Below are positions 22,600 through 33,173 of a DNA stretch of 33,207 nucleotides, one piece after another. The translations under genes were made by a program, and so were the position numbers. Source of the stretch: Octopus bimaculoides (Eukaryota); contig NC_069009.1 in NCBI RefSeq assembly GCF_001194135.2, positions 1,063,456-1,096,662 of the forward strand, given 5' to 3'. The notes beneath the pieces are model-generated. The model worked only from the letters and a program-made list of their open reading frames with translations, had not been told where the DNA came from and made no database searches. The first letter of the stretch is position 1; each line of letters opens with the position of its first letter.

Positions 22600-23760
22600 T
22601 ATGGACAAATTGTGAGAACTAAAGAGCTTTGTCAAGGTATTAATTTATGTCAGGGACTTTTAATGGATGACACCGGTGTCATTCAAACAGCAAAAATTTG
22701 CCGGCAACATCCTTTACTCTACATATTTCTAACATAACCACTGAGAACTGATCTTAATATATACACACCAGTTAACAAACGATATATATTCTCCGTGGCA
22801 AAACGTAAGTAACTTGTTCCCCCATTTCGAACGTGCAGCAAACATATTCGCACTGATAATAACATTGATATTTCTAACTAGTTCTGCTAATATAATATAA
22901 ATGTTGGCACTATCATGCTATTAGCTCTCCAACGCGGAGTATAGGCCACTTATAATTGAATTCCATGTCGCATAATTTTCCGCTTCTGTACTTATACTCT
23001 GCCATGAATGTCCCCCTTTCTCTAGTTTCTTTTGTGTTGATCTACGCCACGAGTTCTTAAGCCTACCCCTCTTTCTATATCCATCCGGATTCCACTGTAA
23101 AGCACTTTTCGCTACATTTGGTCTGTCTTTTCTAATTGTGCTACCAATCCACTTCCACTTTTTCTTAAATATTTGCTCCCTAATCGAAACTTGATTTGTT
23201 CTTTGCCATAGCTCCATATTGCTTCTGTGTTCGGGCCATCTGATTTTAAGTATACTACGCAAGCACCTGTTGATGAATGATTGTATTTGCTTAATTGACT
23301 TAACTGTTTTTCGCTATGTCTCAGCCCCAAACAATAACACCGCTTTTACGTTAGTGTTAAAAATTCTTATTTCGTTCTTTATTGAAATTACACTAGTTCG
23401 ACTAACTTAATTAATTTCATTATGTGACGTTGAGGTAAACGTTAATGTTTGTGGGATAAGTTAAAAGTGAGCTACATGTTTCAGTGTCGGTGTTCCATAG
23501 GCTTCGTGATTAGACATTTCATTTCATCCGCAAGCTACAGCGTTAATTGGTTGTCCTCTAATTAACAGGAACAGGACCAAACGAACAAATAAGCTCTTCA
23601 TCAGCCACAAATGAACGAATGGTTTTCTTCAGTTTTTAGTTGACTTTCAAATAGAAAACAGTAATTATTATTTGGATGACCGTAACAGAAAAAGAAATTG
23701 GCTCGCTTTTCCTTCAGCCCGTAGTGAACAATCGTCGACGTCTGACAACTGACTTGGTAG
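22600..23760 (+). repeat. Dispersed element with an inverted copy at about 29790-30270
   Basis: Shared blocks include agggacttttaa, gatgacaccggtg, aaaagtgagctacatgtttc, gactttcaaatagaaaac and tggctcgcttttcct. This copy is split by the RTE insertion. Confidence 0.8.
22891..23391 (-). mobile_element. 5'-truncated RTE-clade LINE with probable target-site duplication
   Basis: IFNTNVKAVLLFGAET*RK...FINRCLRSILKIRWPEH...KWKWIGSTIRK...ALQWNPDGYRKRGRLKNSWRR is the RTE C-terminus. Flanked by actagttctgctaa (22877-22890) and actagttcgactaa (23392-23405). Confidence 0.88.
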
Positions 23761-23799
23761 ACACCCGCAAAATTATTAATTATTGTGCCAACAACCATC

Positions 23800-24000
23800 C
23801 TGAACACCTTTTGAGCTCCATGTGTCTAACATATGTAGGCATGCTTACAAAGTCAGTAAACAGCACAACAAATTTGAGAACTACATTAGGGGTTCACATG
23901 TTTGTGGAGTACTCAGCCACTTACACATTAATTTCACAAACAGGCCATTCTGTTAATCAAATCGACTGGGACACTCATTGTAACTAATGGAGTACTCAGC
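23800..24000 (+). mobile_element. SINE family 2, degenerate 3' part
   Basis: gtggagtactcagccacttacacattaatttcac...gttaatcaaatcgactgggac matches 15816-15890. Confidence 0.55.
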
Positions 24001-24085
24001 CATTGTTTATCATTATACAAATGTTGATAATCAATTTTCTTTTTTTGTATCCTTTATAGTATATACTGTTTCTTTGATGTTTCAG

Positions 24086-24932
24086 AATACTGGATGACAT
24101 TGGAATTAAAGAAAGTCTTTCATAGAAGGAGAATATCTATGTTCCAGTGAAAGGAGAATAATTATAGAAAATGGATTGTGTAAGAACAAGTGTGAAAAGG
24201 TTGATTTTACTGATGGAATTCCAAAGGATACATGAAAAGCATTTTACCACTGTGACGTCTTTAAAAAGACATCATTCTCTCAAAAAGGTAACCACACTAC
24301 TCAGAAATGTTTTCTTACAGGACGGAAGCCATATCACTGAGGTAACTATGGAAAATCATTCTTTGAAACAAGTAAATTAACTACACCCAAACTTACTCAT
24401 AGAGGAGAGAGAGAGAGGCCATATCGTTGTGAAATCTATGGTAACTCATTCTCTCAAACACATCACTTAATTGAACATAAATGTATTCACATTGGAGAAA
24501 CCATATCACAGTGAAATCTGTGGAAAATCTTTCTCTCCTGGAAATAACTATACATAAGCATATTCATACAGGCAAGAAGCAATATCACTGTGACATCTTT
24601 TGTGAACATTTCTCAGACAGAAGTTAATTACCTGCACAAAAATGCATTCATACAGGTGATAAAATATATGACTTGATATCTGTAGTAAATCATTCTCAAA
24701 GAAGTCACTTAATTGAACATAAATTTATTTGGAAAGCAGAGAAACCATTTCACTGTGAAATCTGTGGCAACTCATTCTCTTGAAAGACATAAATTAATTA
24801 CACACAAACTCTCTCATCGAGGGGAGAGAGGCCATCTCACTGTGACATCTGCAGCAACATATCTTTACAGGAGAAAAACCATATTTCTATGATATCTGTT
24901 GTAAATCTTTCTCTCAAATAAATATATTAATT
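24086..24932 (+). pseudogene. Decayed 5' part of the zinc-finger exon (several frameshifted and stop-containing fingers)
   Basis: Acceptor gatgtttcag ends at 24085, followed by recurring remnants such as ccatatcactgtgacatc, aaatcattctct and attcatacagg with indels and stops. Confidence 0.75.
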
Positions 24933-26132
24933 ATGCAGAAAGGTACACATTCAAAAACGAATCTTTATCAGTGTTCTGTTTGTGGTAAATTATTCTCTCA
25001 CAATGGTCATTTTACTAAACACAAATTCACTCATAGAGGTAAACCATATCACTGTGATATCTGTAGTAAATCATTCTCTCAAAGCTATCACTTGACTAAA
25101 CACAAGCATGTTCATACAGACGAGAATGCACATCGCTGTAAAATCTGTGGTAAATTATTCCCTGAAAAATATTCCTTAGCTACACACAAACGTATTCATG
25201 CAGGAAAGAAGCCACATCGTTGTGAAATCTGTGATAAATCATTCTCTCACAGTAATAGCTTAGCTACTCATAAATTCACTCATACAGGAGAAAAACCACA
25301 TCACTGTGAAAAGTGTGGTAAATCATTCTCTTACAAAAGTACCTTAACTATGCATAAACGTATTCATACAGGAGAGAAACCATATCATTGTGATATCTGT
25401 GGTAAATCATTCTCTGAAAGATCTTCCTTAACTACACACAGACGTATTCATACAGGAGAGAAAGCGCACCACTGTGAAATCTGTGGTAAATTTTTCTCTC
25501 AAATAGGTATCTTGGTTACACACAAACGTATTCATACAGGTGAGAAACCATATCATTGTGATATCTGTGGTAAATCATTCTCTCAAACTGGTGGCTTAAC
25601 TAGACACAACCGCATTCATACAGGAGAAAAGCCATATCATTGTGATATCTGTGGTAAATCTTTCTCTCGAAATGGTGACCTAACTAAGCACCACCGTATA
25701 CATACAAGAGAAAAGCCATATCACTGCGATATCTGTGGTAAATCTTTCTCTCAAACTGGTGGCTTAGCTAAACACAACCGTATTCATACAGGAGAAAAGC
25801 CATTTCATTGTGAAATCTGTGGTAACTTATTCTCTGAAAGACATTCCCTAACTGCACACAAACGTATTCATACAGGAGAAAAGCCCTATCACTGTGAAAT
25901 CTGTGGTAAATTTTTCTCTCAGATAGGTATCTTAGTTACACACAAATATATTCATACAGGAGAAAAGCCATATCACTGTGATATCTGTGGTAAATCTTTC
26001 TCTCAAAATGGTGGCTTAACTAGACACAACCGTATTCATACAGGAGAAAAGCCGTATCATTGTGATATCTGTGGTAAATCATTCTCTGCCAGGCATTCCC
26101 TAACTGCACACAAACGTATTCATACAGGGTGA
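24933..26132 (+). CDS. C2H2 zinc-finger protein, 14 tandem Kruppel-type fingers (399 aa)
   Basis: Fourteen C-x2-C-x12-H-x3-H units, mostly with TGEKP linkers, in one open frame; no KRAB or other effector domain visible. The start Met sits inside a degenerate finger, so the true start is uncertain. Confidence 0.88.
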   Translation: MQKGTHSKTNLYQCSVCGKLFSHNGHFTKHKFTHRGKPYHCDICSKSFSQSYHLTKHKHVHTDENAHRCKICGKLFPEKYSLATHKRIHAGKKPHRCEICDKSFSHSNSLATHKFTHTGEKPHHCEKCGKSFSYKSTLTMHKRIHTGEKPYHCDICGKSFSERSSLTTHRRIHTGEKAHHCEICGKFFSQIGILVTHKRIHTGEKPYHCDICGKSFSQTGGLTRHNRIHTGEKPYHCDICGKSFSRNGDLTKHHRIHTREKPYHCDICGKSFSQTGGLAKHNRIHTGEKPFHCEICGNLFSERHSLTAHKRIHTGEKPYHCEICGKFFSQIGILVTHKYIHTGEKPYHCDICGKSFSQNGGLTRHNRIHTGEKPYHCDICGKSFSARHSLTAHKRIHTG

Positions 26133-26315
26133 AAGCCAAATCACTGTGATATCTGTTGTAAATCTTCCTCTGAAAGTTCTGCCTTGTTTAAACACAACAG
26201 TATTCATACAGGGGGAAAGCCATATAATTGTGATGTCTGTGAGAATCCATTCTCTGAAAGTGAAAATTTAAATGAACACTTACCTAGTCATACATGTGTA
26301 AAACCATATCACTGA
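26133..26315 (+). pseudogene. Two further in-frame C2H2 fingers after the ZNF stop codon
   Basis: After TGA at 26130-26132 the same frame reads KPNHCDICCKSSSESSALFKHNSIHTGGKPYNCDVCENPFSESENLNEHLPSHTCVKPYH*. Confidence 0.75.
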
Positions 26316-26662
26316 CATGTTTACGACGAAACTGATCAATTTTTATTTATTCTTTTAAATTTTATTTTGCAATTTCCGTAAAAANNNNNNNNNNNNNNNN
26401 NNNNNNNNNNNNNNNNNNNNNNNNNNNNNNNNNNNNNNNNNNNNNNNNNNNNNNNNNNNNNNNNNNNNNNNNNNNNNNNNNNNNNNNNNNNNNNNNNNNN
26501 NNNNNNNNNNNNNNNNNNNNNNNNNNNNNNNNNNNNNNNNNNNNNNNNNNNNNNNNNNNNNNNNNNNNNNNNNNNNNNNNNNNNNNNNNNNNNNNNNNNN
26601 NNNNNNNNNNNNNNNNNNNNNNNNNNNNNNNNNNNNNNNNNNNNNNNNNNNNNNNNNNNNNN

Positions 26663-26701
<39 letters not shown>

Positions 26702-26860
26702 TATACATACATACATACAAACATCTTATTTTGCTTTCACGAATTGGTTATGTATTTTTATGTAAGTATATATATATATATATATTTGTATATTAATGTA
26801 TAGGTGTGTGAGAGTATGAATGTGCAAAAAACCATCTATGATAATTCAATCAGTGAAAGT

Positions 26861-27103
26861 CTATAACAGGGCTGACCAAAATCGAAATGAAATTAAAAAC
26901 AATGTTTTCTCCTTTAAGAAAAGTAAAAGAAACCCAGTGAGCTGATGTCTGTCATTGTTTCTTGGATTTCTTATGAAACTTGTAAATTTAGACATCAAAA
27001 TCACCAAAGCAACGCCAAGTATGCCGAAGACGAGTATGATATGGATTTGTAGGCTGCTGGCTCCTGTTGCATTAGTTTCAAGATCGTTTGTTGTGGTTTT
27101 TAT
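26861..27103 (-). CDS. Gene B stalk / transmembrane exon (IKTTTNDLETNATGASSLQIHIILVFGILGVALVILMSKF...)
   Basis: ttcatcttttgcag acceptor homologous to that before 8306; hydrophobic segment with the VFG motif shared with gene A; one nt longer than gene A before the aligned AAC codon. Confidence 0.6.
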   Translation of the reverse strand: MKTTTNDLETNATGASSLQIHIILVFGILGVALVILMSKFTSFIRNPRNNDRHQLTGFLLLFLKEKTLFLISFRFWSALL

Positions 27104-27747
27104 CTGCAAAAGATGAACAATAAAAGATATACCTTTTGGTTTTAATAAAGAATATTAAAATACCAACCTGCTCAAAATTGCTTTTGTTTCTATTTTACAA
27201 ATTCCCGGTTCTAAAAAGATCTAAAATAAAATCTTCCATCAACTTTATGTTCCACACTCTAGCTTAGCAATGACAAGGTTATTTTACTAAACTTTTCATT
27301 GTCATAAAATTTTATTGAAACAAAGGCAATGCATTTCAACAAAAACAAGGTTAGAAAAGGGTTAACACCCACTAGTATCCTAGACTAAAATGATAACATC
27401 TTCAGATCAGTCCATCATTTAGAAGGGTATTTTGCATCAGCAGTTGTGTCAATTTTTGTTATTAATGATATTTTCCTCTTTGAATTCTTGTTTCACAAAC
27501 AAGAGACTGGAAAATGTCATTCATTTCTATAACAATTAAATAGTACAATAGACAGATGATCCTAGACAATAAAACTAACTAATCCAGTCCTTCAACTATA
27601 AAAATATCCCACCATGGGTTATTATCAAAACTTATCAATTCAAAGCAGAGAAGAAAAACTAACACAGAAGCAAACCTTAAAATTGTCAAGTTACAAATTT
27701 TGAATTTGCCTAAATATTATGAAAATATTTGCACCACTATTATTATC

Positions 27748-28105
27748 ATTATCTCAGCCTTAGCGAAGGTGGGGGTATTATTTTCAGTTTGTTTATCCGT
27801 GGGCAAGGTATCTCAAGAACCGCTGGATGGATTCAGATGAAACTTTCAGGGTTGTTTGGCCTCGTGACTGGCATGAACTGATTATATTTTGGGATCGATC
27901 CGGTACTAAACAAGGATTATGGATTATTTTTCCTGCTTTTTTTTTTTACATAATTTTTGAGAGCGGTCAGGTTCGTTTTTAGTATTCTTGTTCATGAGAG
28001 CAATCTAGTTTATTTCAGATATTCTCATTTTAAAAGTCATCTCTAGCTAATCGTTGAGAGGACATTGGTGTTGCCTTGGTAGAGGTTTGTGCTCTCTGTG
28101 TGCTC
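27748..28105 (+). mobile_element. Non-autonomous Helentron/HINE-like element
   Basis: 5' attatctcagcctt...ggggtattattttc, internal gctggatggattcagatgaaactttcagg and 3' gccttggtagaggtttgtgctctctgtgtgct resemble the DINE-1/HINE layout recalled from known elements. Confidence 0.5.
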
Positions 28106-28117
28106 ATTATTATTAGT

Positions 28118-28730
28118 GGGAAAGCGGAGAGGTAGCAGATAAGTTAGCGCATCAAACAAAATGCTTAGCAACATTTTGCCCATCTTTATATTCTGAGTTC
28201 AAAATCCACTAAAATCTACTTTACTTTTCAAGCTGCCTTCCCTGAAATTACTGGCATTGTGCCATAATATGAAACCATTATTATTAATAATATGATGAGG
28301 TGCTGGCACAATCGTTACAATGCCAGGCAAAATGCTTAGCGGCATTCTGTCTGTCCTTACTTTCTTAGTTCAAATTCCACCAAGATCAACTTTGCCTTTC
28401 ATTCCTTAGGAGTCAATGTAATAAATACCAGTTACGCAGTGGGGGTCGATGTAATCAACTTACCCACCCCCACAAAATTTCAGGCTTTAGGTCTATAGTA
28501 GAAAGGATTATTATTATTATTATTATAAATCATTTTCTTACTGTCCTTACTTTCTGAGTTCAAATTCCACCAAGGTCAACTTTGCTTTTCATTCCTTAGG
28601 GGTCAATGAAATAAATACCAGTTACACAGTGGGGGTTAATGTAATCAACTTACCCACCCCCACAAAATTTCAGGCTTTAGGTCTATAGTAGAAAGGATTA
28701 TTATTATTATTATTATAAATCATTTTCTTA
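28118..28730 (+). mobile_element. Cluster of SINE family 1 copies, including a 190-bp tandem duplication
   Basis: Repeated aaatgcttagc / gagttcaaattccacc / tttgcctttcatt motifs. Confidence 0.7.
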
Positions 28731-28734
28731 CTGT
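28351..28734 (+). repeat. 190-bp tandem duplication
   Basis: ctgtccttac at 28351 and 28541, ctgt at 28731; the 3' halves are identical. Confidence 0.9.
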
Positions 28735-28974
28735 TTATCTTCAAATCGATTTTTGCAATATTGAGTTTGTTATCATAAAATGTCCAAGATGAAGGTTCCT
28801 TTATTACGTTTCGTATCCAAAGAGTGGAAATGTCACCAGTGTTCATAACTTGAAATTCAGGAATGGTGCAGCATGTCCCGTCACATTCATAATTCAGACA
28901 TTTCCATGTCATCAGTCTTCTCATATTTGGTATTTCAGTATGAAGAGTGGAACTTCCTTTAAACACAACATTTT
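28732..28974 (-). CDS. Gene B Ig-like domain exon (81 codons, open)
   Basis: cctgatttctttattttag acceptor, gtaaga donor; most similar to gene A domains 1 and 2. Confidence 0.75.
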
Positions 28975-29271
28975 CTAAAATAAAGAAATCAGGTAAACAT
29001 GGTGGCATGTAAAAAGCATCATTCAACTATTTCCCCCCAACTCTCATATTAAATTCTGATATAATCGTCATCTACACACTCTGAAAGGAATTTGTTGAAA
29101 ATTCCATTAAAAAGTACCCATTTTTCTGAAAATTGTGAGGAAACAAATCTGATTTGTGTGAATTTTCCGAAAGCACTTTCCAGCCATCACAGAAATTTTG
29201 TTTTCACAATATATTTCAATATAATCGGAATCTACACCATCTGAGTGGAGGTGCAATGGCCCAATATAAAT

Positions 29272-29275
<4 letters not shown>

Positions 29276-29328
<53 letters not shown>
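29276..29328. repeat. (TA)n microsatellite
   Basis: Direct reading; others at 26663-26720, 29563-29586 and 33180-33206. Confidence 0.95.
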
Positions 29329-29332
<4 letters not shown>

Positions 29333-29789
29333 TGTAAATCCAAAAAATAACAACAAAACTACTAAGGATTCCGCGGTACACGTGTTTCAAGCTTTATATA
29401 CTCTTTTACTTGTTTCAGTCATTTGACTGCGGCCATGCTGGAGCACCGCCTTTATATGTGTATAATTTACAATATAAAGCTATCCTCAGCCGCAAAATTA
29501 TTTCTCTCCCAGGAAATTAACGTCCGTTTTCCACGCTGGCATGGAATATATAATATATAAATTATATATATATATATATATATATAAATGTAACTTACGC
29601 GGGTCACCGCCCACTTCAGTTTCTTAACACAAATTAAGCCAAGTTAATTATTATTTCGGTCTTTTGAAATAAATTAAAGCGAATTAATAACCGTTTTATA
29701 ATTTGACTAACAGTTAAGCAAGTATTTCTAGAACATGACTTACCTGTTTCGAAGTATTTTCTTATTGATTTCTGTAATTCGGAGTAAGC

Positions 29790-30270
29790 CGAGTCCATTT
29801 GTAGTCCTAATAAATGAGGTTGTTCATTATGGGTTGGAGGAAAAGCGAGCCAGTGGCTTCCGTTACCGTCATCCAAATAATTATTACAGTTTTCTATTTG
29901 AAAGTCGACTAAAAAGTGAAGAAAGACGAGGAAAGCTATTCGTTCATACGTGGCTGATTAAAAACTTCGTTTAGGCCTGCTCTTGTTAATTAGGGAACAA
30001 CCAATTAACGATGTAGTTTGCGGGTGAAATGAAGTATATAATCACGAAGCCGATGAACTACTGACCTAGAAACATGTAGCTCACTTTTATCTTATCCACA
30101 AACATGTCACATAATGAAATTTACTAAATTGGCTGAACTTATTAGAAATATGTACATTGACGGTGTCGCTGCTAAAATTTACCTGTCTGAATTTTGTCAC
30201 CGGTGTCATCCGTTAAAAGTCCCTAACGTAAATTAATATATTGCGAAATCCCTTTAGTTCTCTGTTCCTT
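29790..30270 (-). repeat. Uninterrupted inverted copy of the 22600-23760 element
   Basis: Reverse complement aligns across the RTE insertion point of the other copy. Confidence 0.8.
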
Positions 30271-30279
30271 CATTTAAGT

Positions 30280-30515
30280 GGAGGCGCAATGGCCCGGTGG
30301 TTAGGGCAGTGGACTCGCGGTCATAGGATCGCGGTTTCGATTCCCAGACCGGGCGATGTGAGTGTTTATTGAGCGAAAACACTTTAAGTTCCACGAGGCT
30401 CCGGCAGGGGATGGTGGCGAACCCTGCTGTACTCTTTCAAAAAACTTCCTCTCACTCTTTCTTCCTGTTTCTGTTGTGCCTGTAATTCAAAGGGTCAGCC
30501 TTGTCACACACTGAA
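30280..30515 (+). mobile_element. SINE family 2 copy
   Basis: Closely matches 15558-15795. Confidence 0.8.
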
Positions 30516-30759
30516 TATTTGTTTATAAGCCAATAGCGTGTTCTACTGCGTCAGCAGTATTGATGGAAAATAATTTTAACTTAATATAACTTGATTATAA
30601 GACATAATACGATTTCTGTAAATCCTCGAGTATAGTCCGCTCTTGAGTATAATACGCGGGGGATTTTTAGGGGGCTGTACTTCTGAAAAATCTAAACTTT
30701 GTGTATAATACGCAGCCCTTCTCTAACTTCAGCCAAGGAAGTCAATATAACGTCCTTGG

Positions 30760-30935
30760 TTTGTAAACTATAGTCGATTACATCGACCTCCAGCACACAA
30801 CTGGTACTTATTTTATCGACCTCGAAAGGATAAAAGGGTAAGTCGACCTCGACGGAATTTGAACTCAGGACGTATCGACTAAAGACGTGCTGCGAAACAT
30901 TTTTATCCGGCGCGCTAACGATTTTGCCATTTCGC
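30760..30935 (-). mobile_element. SINE family 1 copy
   Basis: gtcgattacatcgacctccagc...ctggtacttattttatcgacc...gaatttgaactcag. Confidence 0.72.
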
Positions 30936-31414
30936 CGACGAAGAACCAGCAGCAGCAGCAGTAGTAATGACACTTCCAGTTGTTCAGTACAGTTTTAAAA
31001 TCATTAACTAGAATTGTTTGGAACTCCAACGCATGGACAGAAAGCCAAGGAAATTATTAACACCTAAAAACATGCACCACCCTAAGGGAGACACTGACCG
31101 TCTTAAGCGTTTTCTAATCGTTGGTTAGGTCAGTTGCGGAATAAAATTTCTCATATCGGGGTCACCCATTCAGCATGAATGTTATGTTATACGTGGCAGT
31201 TGATATAAAGAAGAAGGGAAGTGTTTTAGAAATATGACAGACGCGGCTTTTTCTCAGATAAAAACGTTTTATTTAACCACAATAAAAAGAATAACTGAAT
31301 CACAGAAGAAAAAAAGTACAACAGTAAAGAAACAATAAAGAATAGTCACACTTTGAATATCACATTCGGAAAGCAAATGCATGAACCAGTCCTTGTGCGT
31401 AACAGAACGTTCCA

Positions 31415-31720
31415 GAACGGCGGAATTCGAACTCAGAGCGTAACGACAGACGAAATACCGCTAAGCATTTCGCCCGGCGTGCTAACGTTTCTTATTTCTT
31501 TATTGCCTACAAGGGGCTAAACATGGAGGGGAAAACAAGGACAGACAAAGGGATTAAGTCGATTACATCAACTCCAATGCGTAACTGGTACTTAATTTAT
31601 CGACCCGAAAGGATGAAAGGCAAAGTCGACCTCAGCGGAATTTGAACTCAGAACGTAACGGCAGACGAAACACCGCTAAGCATTTCGCCCGGCGTGCTTA
31701 GCGTTTCTGCCAGCTCACTA
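31415..31720 (-). mobile_element. Two adjacent SINE family 1 copies (one partial head, one near full-length)
   Basis: gcggaatt(c/t)gaactcag...accgctaagcatttcgcccggcgtgct occurs twice. Confidence 0.75.
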
Positions 31721-32078
31721 CCTTTATACATGTAATTATTACAAAATGATAATAATAAAATAAAAGTGAGTACAACAGTGTGTGTATGTTTTTAATGGCT
31801 GATAAAACAGTGAAACGATTCAGTTTGTTTTAGTCCCCATCAAAATCATCTCCGATTAAACCACGTTTGAAAACAAGTGCAACTCAGCAATGTATATCCG
31901 GTTATCATTCTACTGGCTGCAATCATTAGACTTGCAGCCATGCTTGGGCAACGTCTTCAAGTGTTTAGTCGATCATATTCGAGTTTGTTGCTAATTCTCT
32001 CAACTGATGGTCGAGTCAATGTGTCAGCTAACATAAAAGACACAACATAAAATGGACGTTTTTAGATCCGCGCAAACT

Positions 32079-32080
<2 letters not shown>

Positions 32081-32128
<48 letters not shown>
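32081..32128. repeat. (TATC)n microsatellite
   Basis: Direct reading. Confidence 0.95.
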
Positions 32129-32174
32129 AAATGTATGTATGTATGTATACGTAGTTTCTGGAATAATATCCATT

Positions 32175-32360
32175 CTACATCAAAATCACTGAGATGACCA
32201 AAGCTTCATAACTGTTGAAGGTACCTGAAAAAAAAAAAAATAGAAAAAAAAAATGAAGGGAAAATTTTGTTAAAAATATATATTTTTTAAAATTAAAATC
32301 TTTGTCTGAAGNNNNNNNNNNAAAACGTTTATATATCTATCAGACAATGCTTCATGAAAA

Positions 32361-32399
<39 letters not shown>

Positions 32400-32544
32400 T
32401 TTGAATTCAAATCAAGAGGATATATGTTACTTACTACCGTCTTTGTTTCTGATAGAAATATCATACTCGTCCTTGTTTCCACTTTCTTTTGCTGCTTGAA
32501 ATCGCTTTTGTTGAGTCATCCACTCGATGCTAAAAGAAGGCTCT
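32175..32544 (-). CDS. Gene D: 3' end (last two coding exons, 32438..32544 and 32175..32224) of a paralogue of gene C; upstream exons lie beyond the window
   Basis: Exons read EPSFSIEWMTQQKRFQAAKESGNKDEYDISIRNKD / GTFNSYEALVISVILM*, with the same phases as gene C; the flanking introns (32140-32940 vs 12110-13800) align by eye. Confidence 0.75.
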
Positions 32545-33173
32545 CTGAAAGAAATAAATTACAATCGATAGGGAATTTTCACGATTGTTTTTACAAAAAT
32601 CTGTTCTGTTTGATTAAATCGATGAGTTTACCATTTTATCTCTGGTATCAGTGTTTCATACCCAGTTTATTATTCGCGACAGAGAAAGTAAAAATGACAA
32701 GAAATTTGGGTAAATCAAATCTTGTTCATTCAGTTTCACTTCCGCTATGAACTAGATTAAAAACCATCCCAACCACGACAATCATGTCATATTTCCTCCT
32801 TAGATACATGTATGTCGAACCACATCAACCAATGATAGTACAGTATTATTTGAGTGGAAACTAAAGCAGATTGTTATAGAAGACATGATATTCCAGCAAC
32901 TCACACTTGTTCTACTATCGGAATCACATATTCTTTAACCCAAAGAATGCGGTGTTTTTAGTTCTAAAAGATAATACAGTTACTATGCAGTTACTATACG
33001 TGTTTCATAATCAAATTTTAAAATAGAAAATAAAATATATTTAAATCGATTAAATCGATCGAAAATCAATTCTATTCAAAAATATAGCTAATCTTCAGGT
33101 CAAAATACAACAACAATAATAATAATAAAAGAATTTAATTGAGTTTTTACCAGTAAACTTGGATTTTTATCCC

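Larger units (their letters stand above)
26861..28974 (-). pseudogene. Gene B: paralogue of gene A (Ig-like exon 28732..28974 + TM exon starting at 27103); TM exon out of frame; pseudogene or soluble variant
   Basis: The 243-nt exon ENVVFKGSSTLHTEIPNMRRLMTWKCLNYECDGTCC...STLWIRNVIKEPSSWTFYDNKLNIAKIDLKIN has the same splice contexts as gene A. The TM exon and about 150 nt of upstream intron align with 8150-8400. Phase-1 splicing gives NKNHNKRS* (stop 27080-27078). No signal or linker exon found. Confidence 0.7.
1630..32321. other. Assembly gaps at 1630-2058, 6960-7293, 13844-14079, 15105-15114, 20991-21093, 26384-26662, 32312-32321
   Basis: Runs of N. Confidence 0.99.

Noticed and set aside
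23601-23807. ORF sharing VHYGL.EKRA...HPNN.Y.FLFES.LK.EE with ORF 29735-29974
   Set aside because: Similarity follows from the nucleotide-level inverted repeat; the ORF ends differ and there is no ATG/splice support in common.
24933-26315. Regular 84-nt periodicity resembling a CRISPR or satellite array
   Set aside because: It is the 28-aa C2H2 finger repeat in a eukaryotic gene.
27400-27560. Possible extra gene B exon after a ttgttatag acceptor
   Set aside because: The phase-1 frame stops after about 20 codons, no convincing donor, and no similarity to gene A exons.
30615-30715. Possible Tc1/mariner-pogo terminal fragments (also 8850-8877)
   Set aside because: Single short ends recognised only from memory, with no partner TIR or transposase in the window; too weak to annotate.
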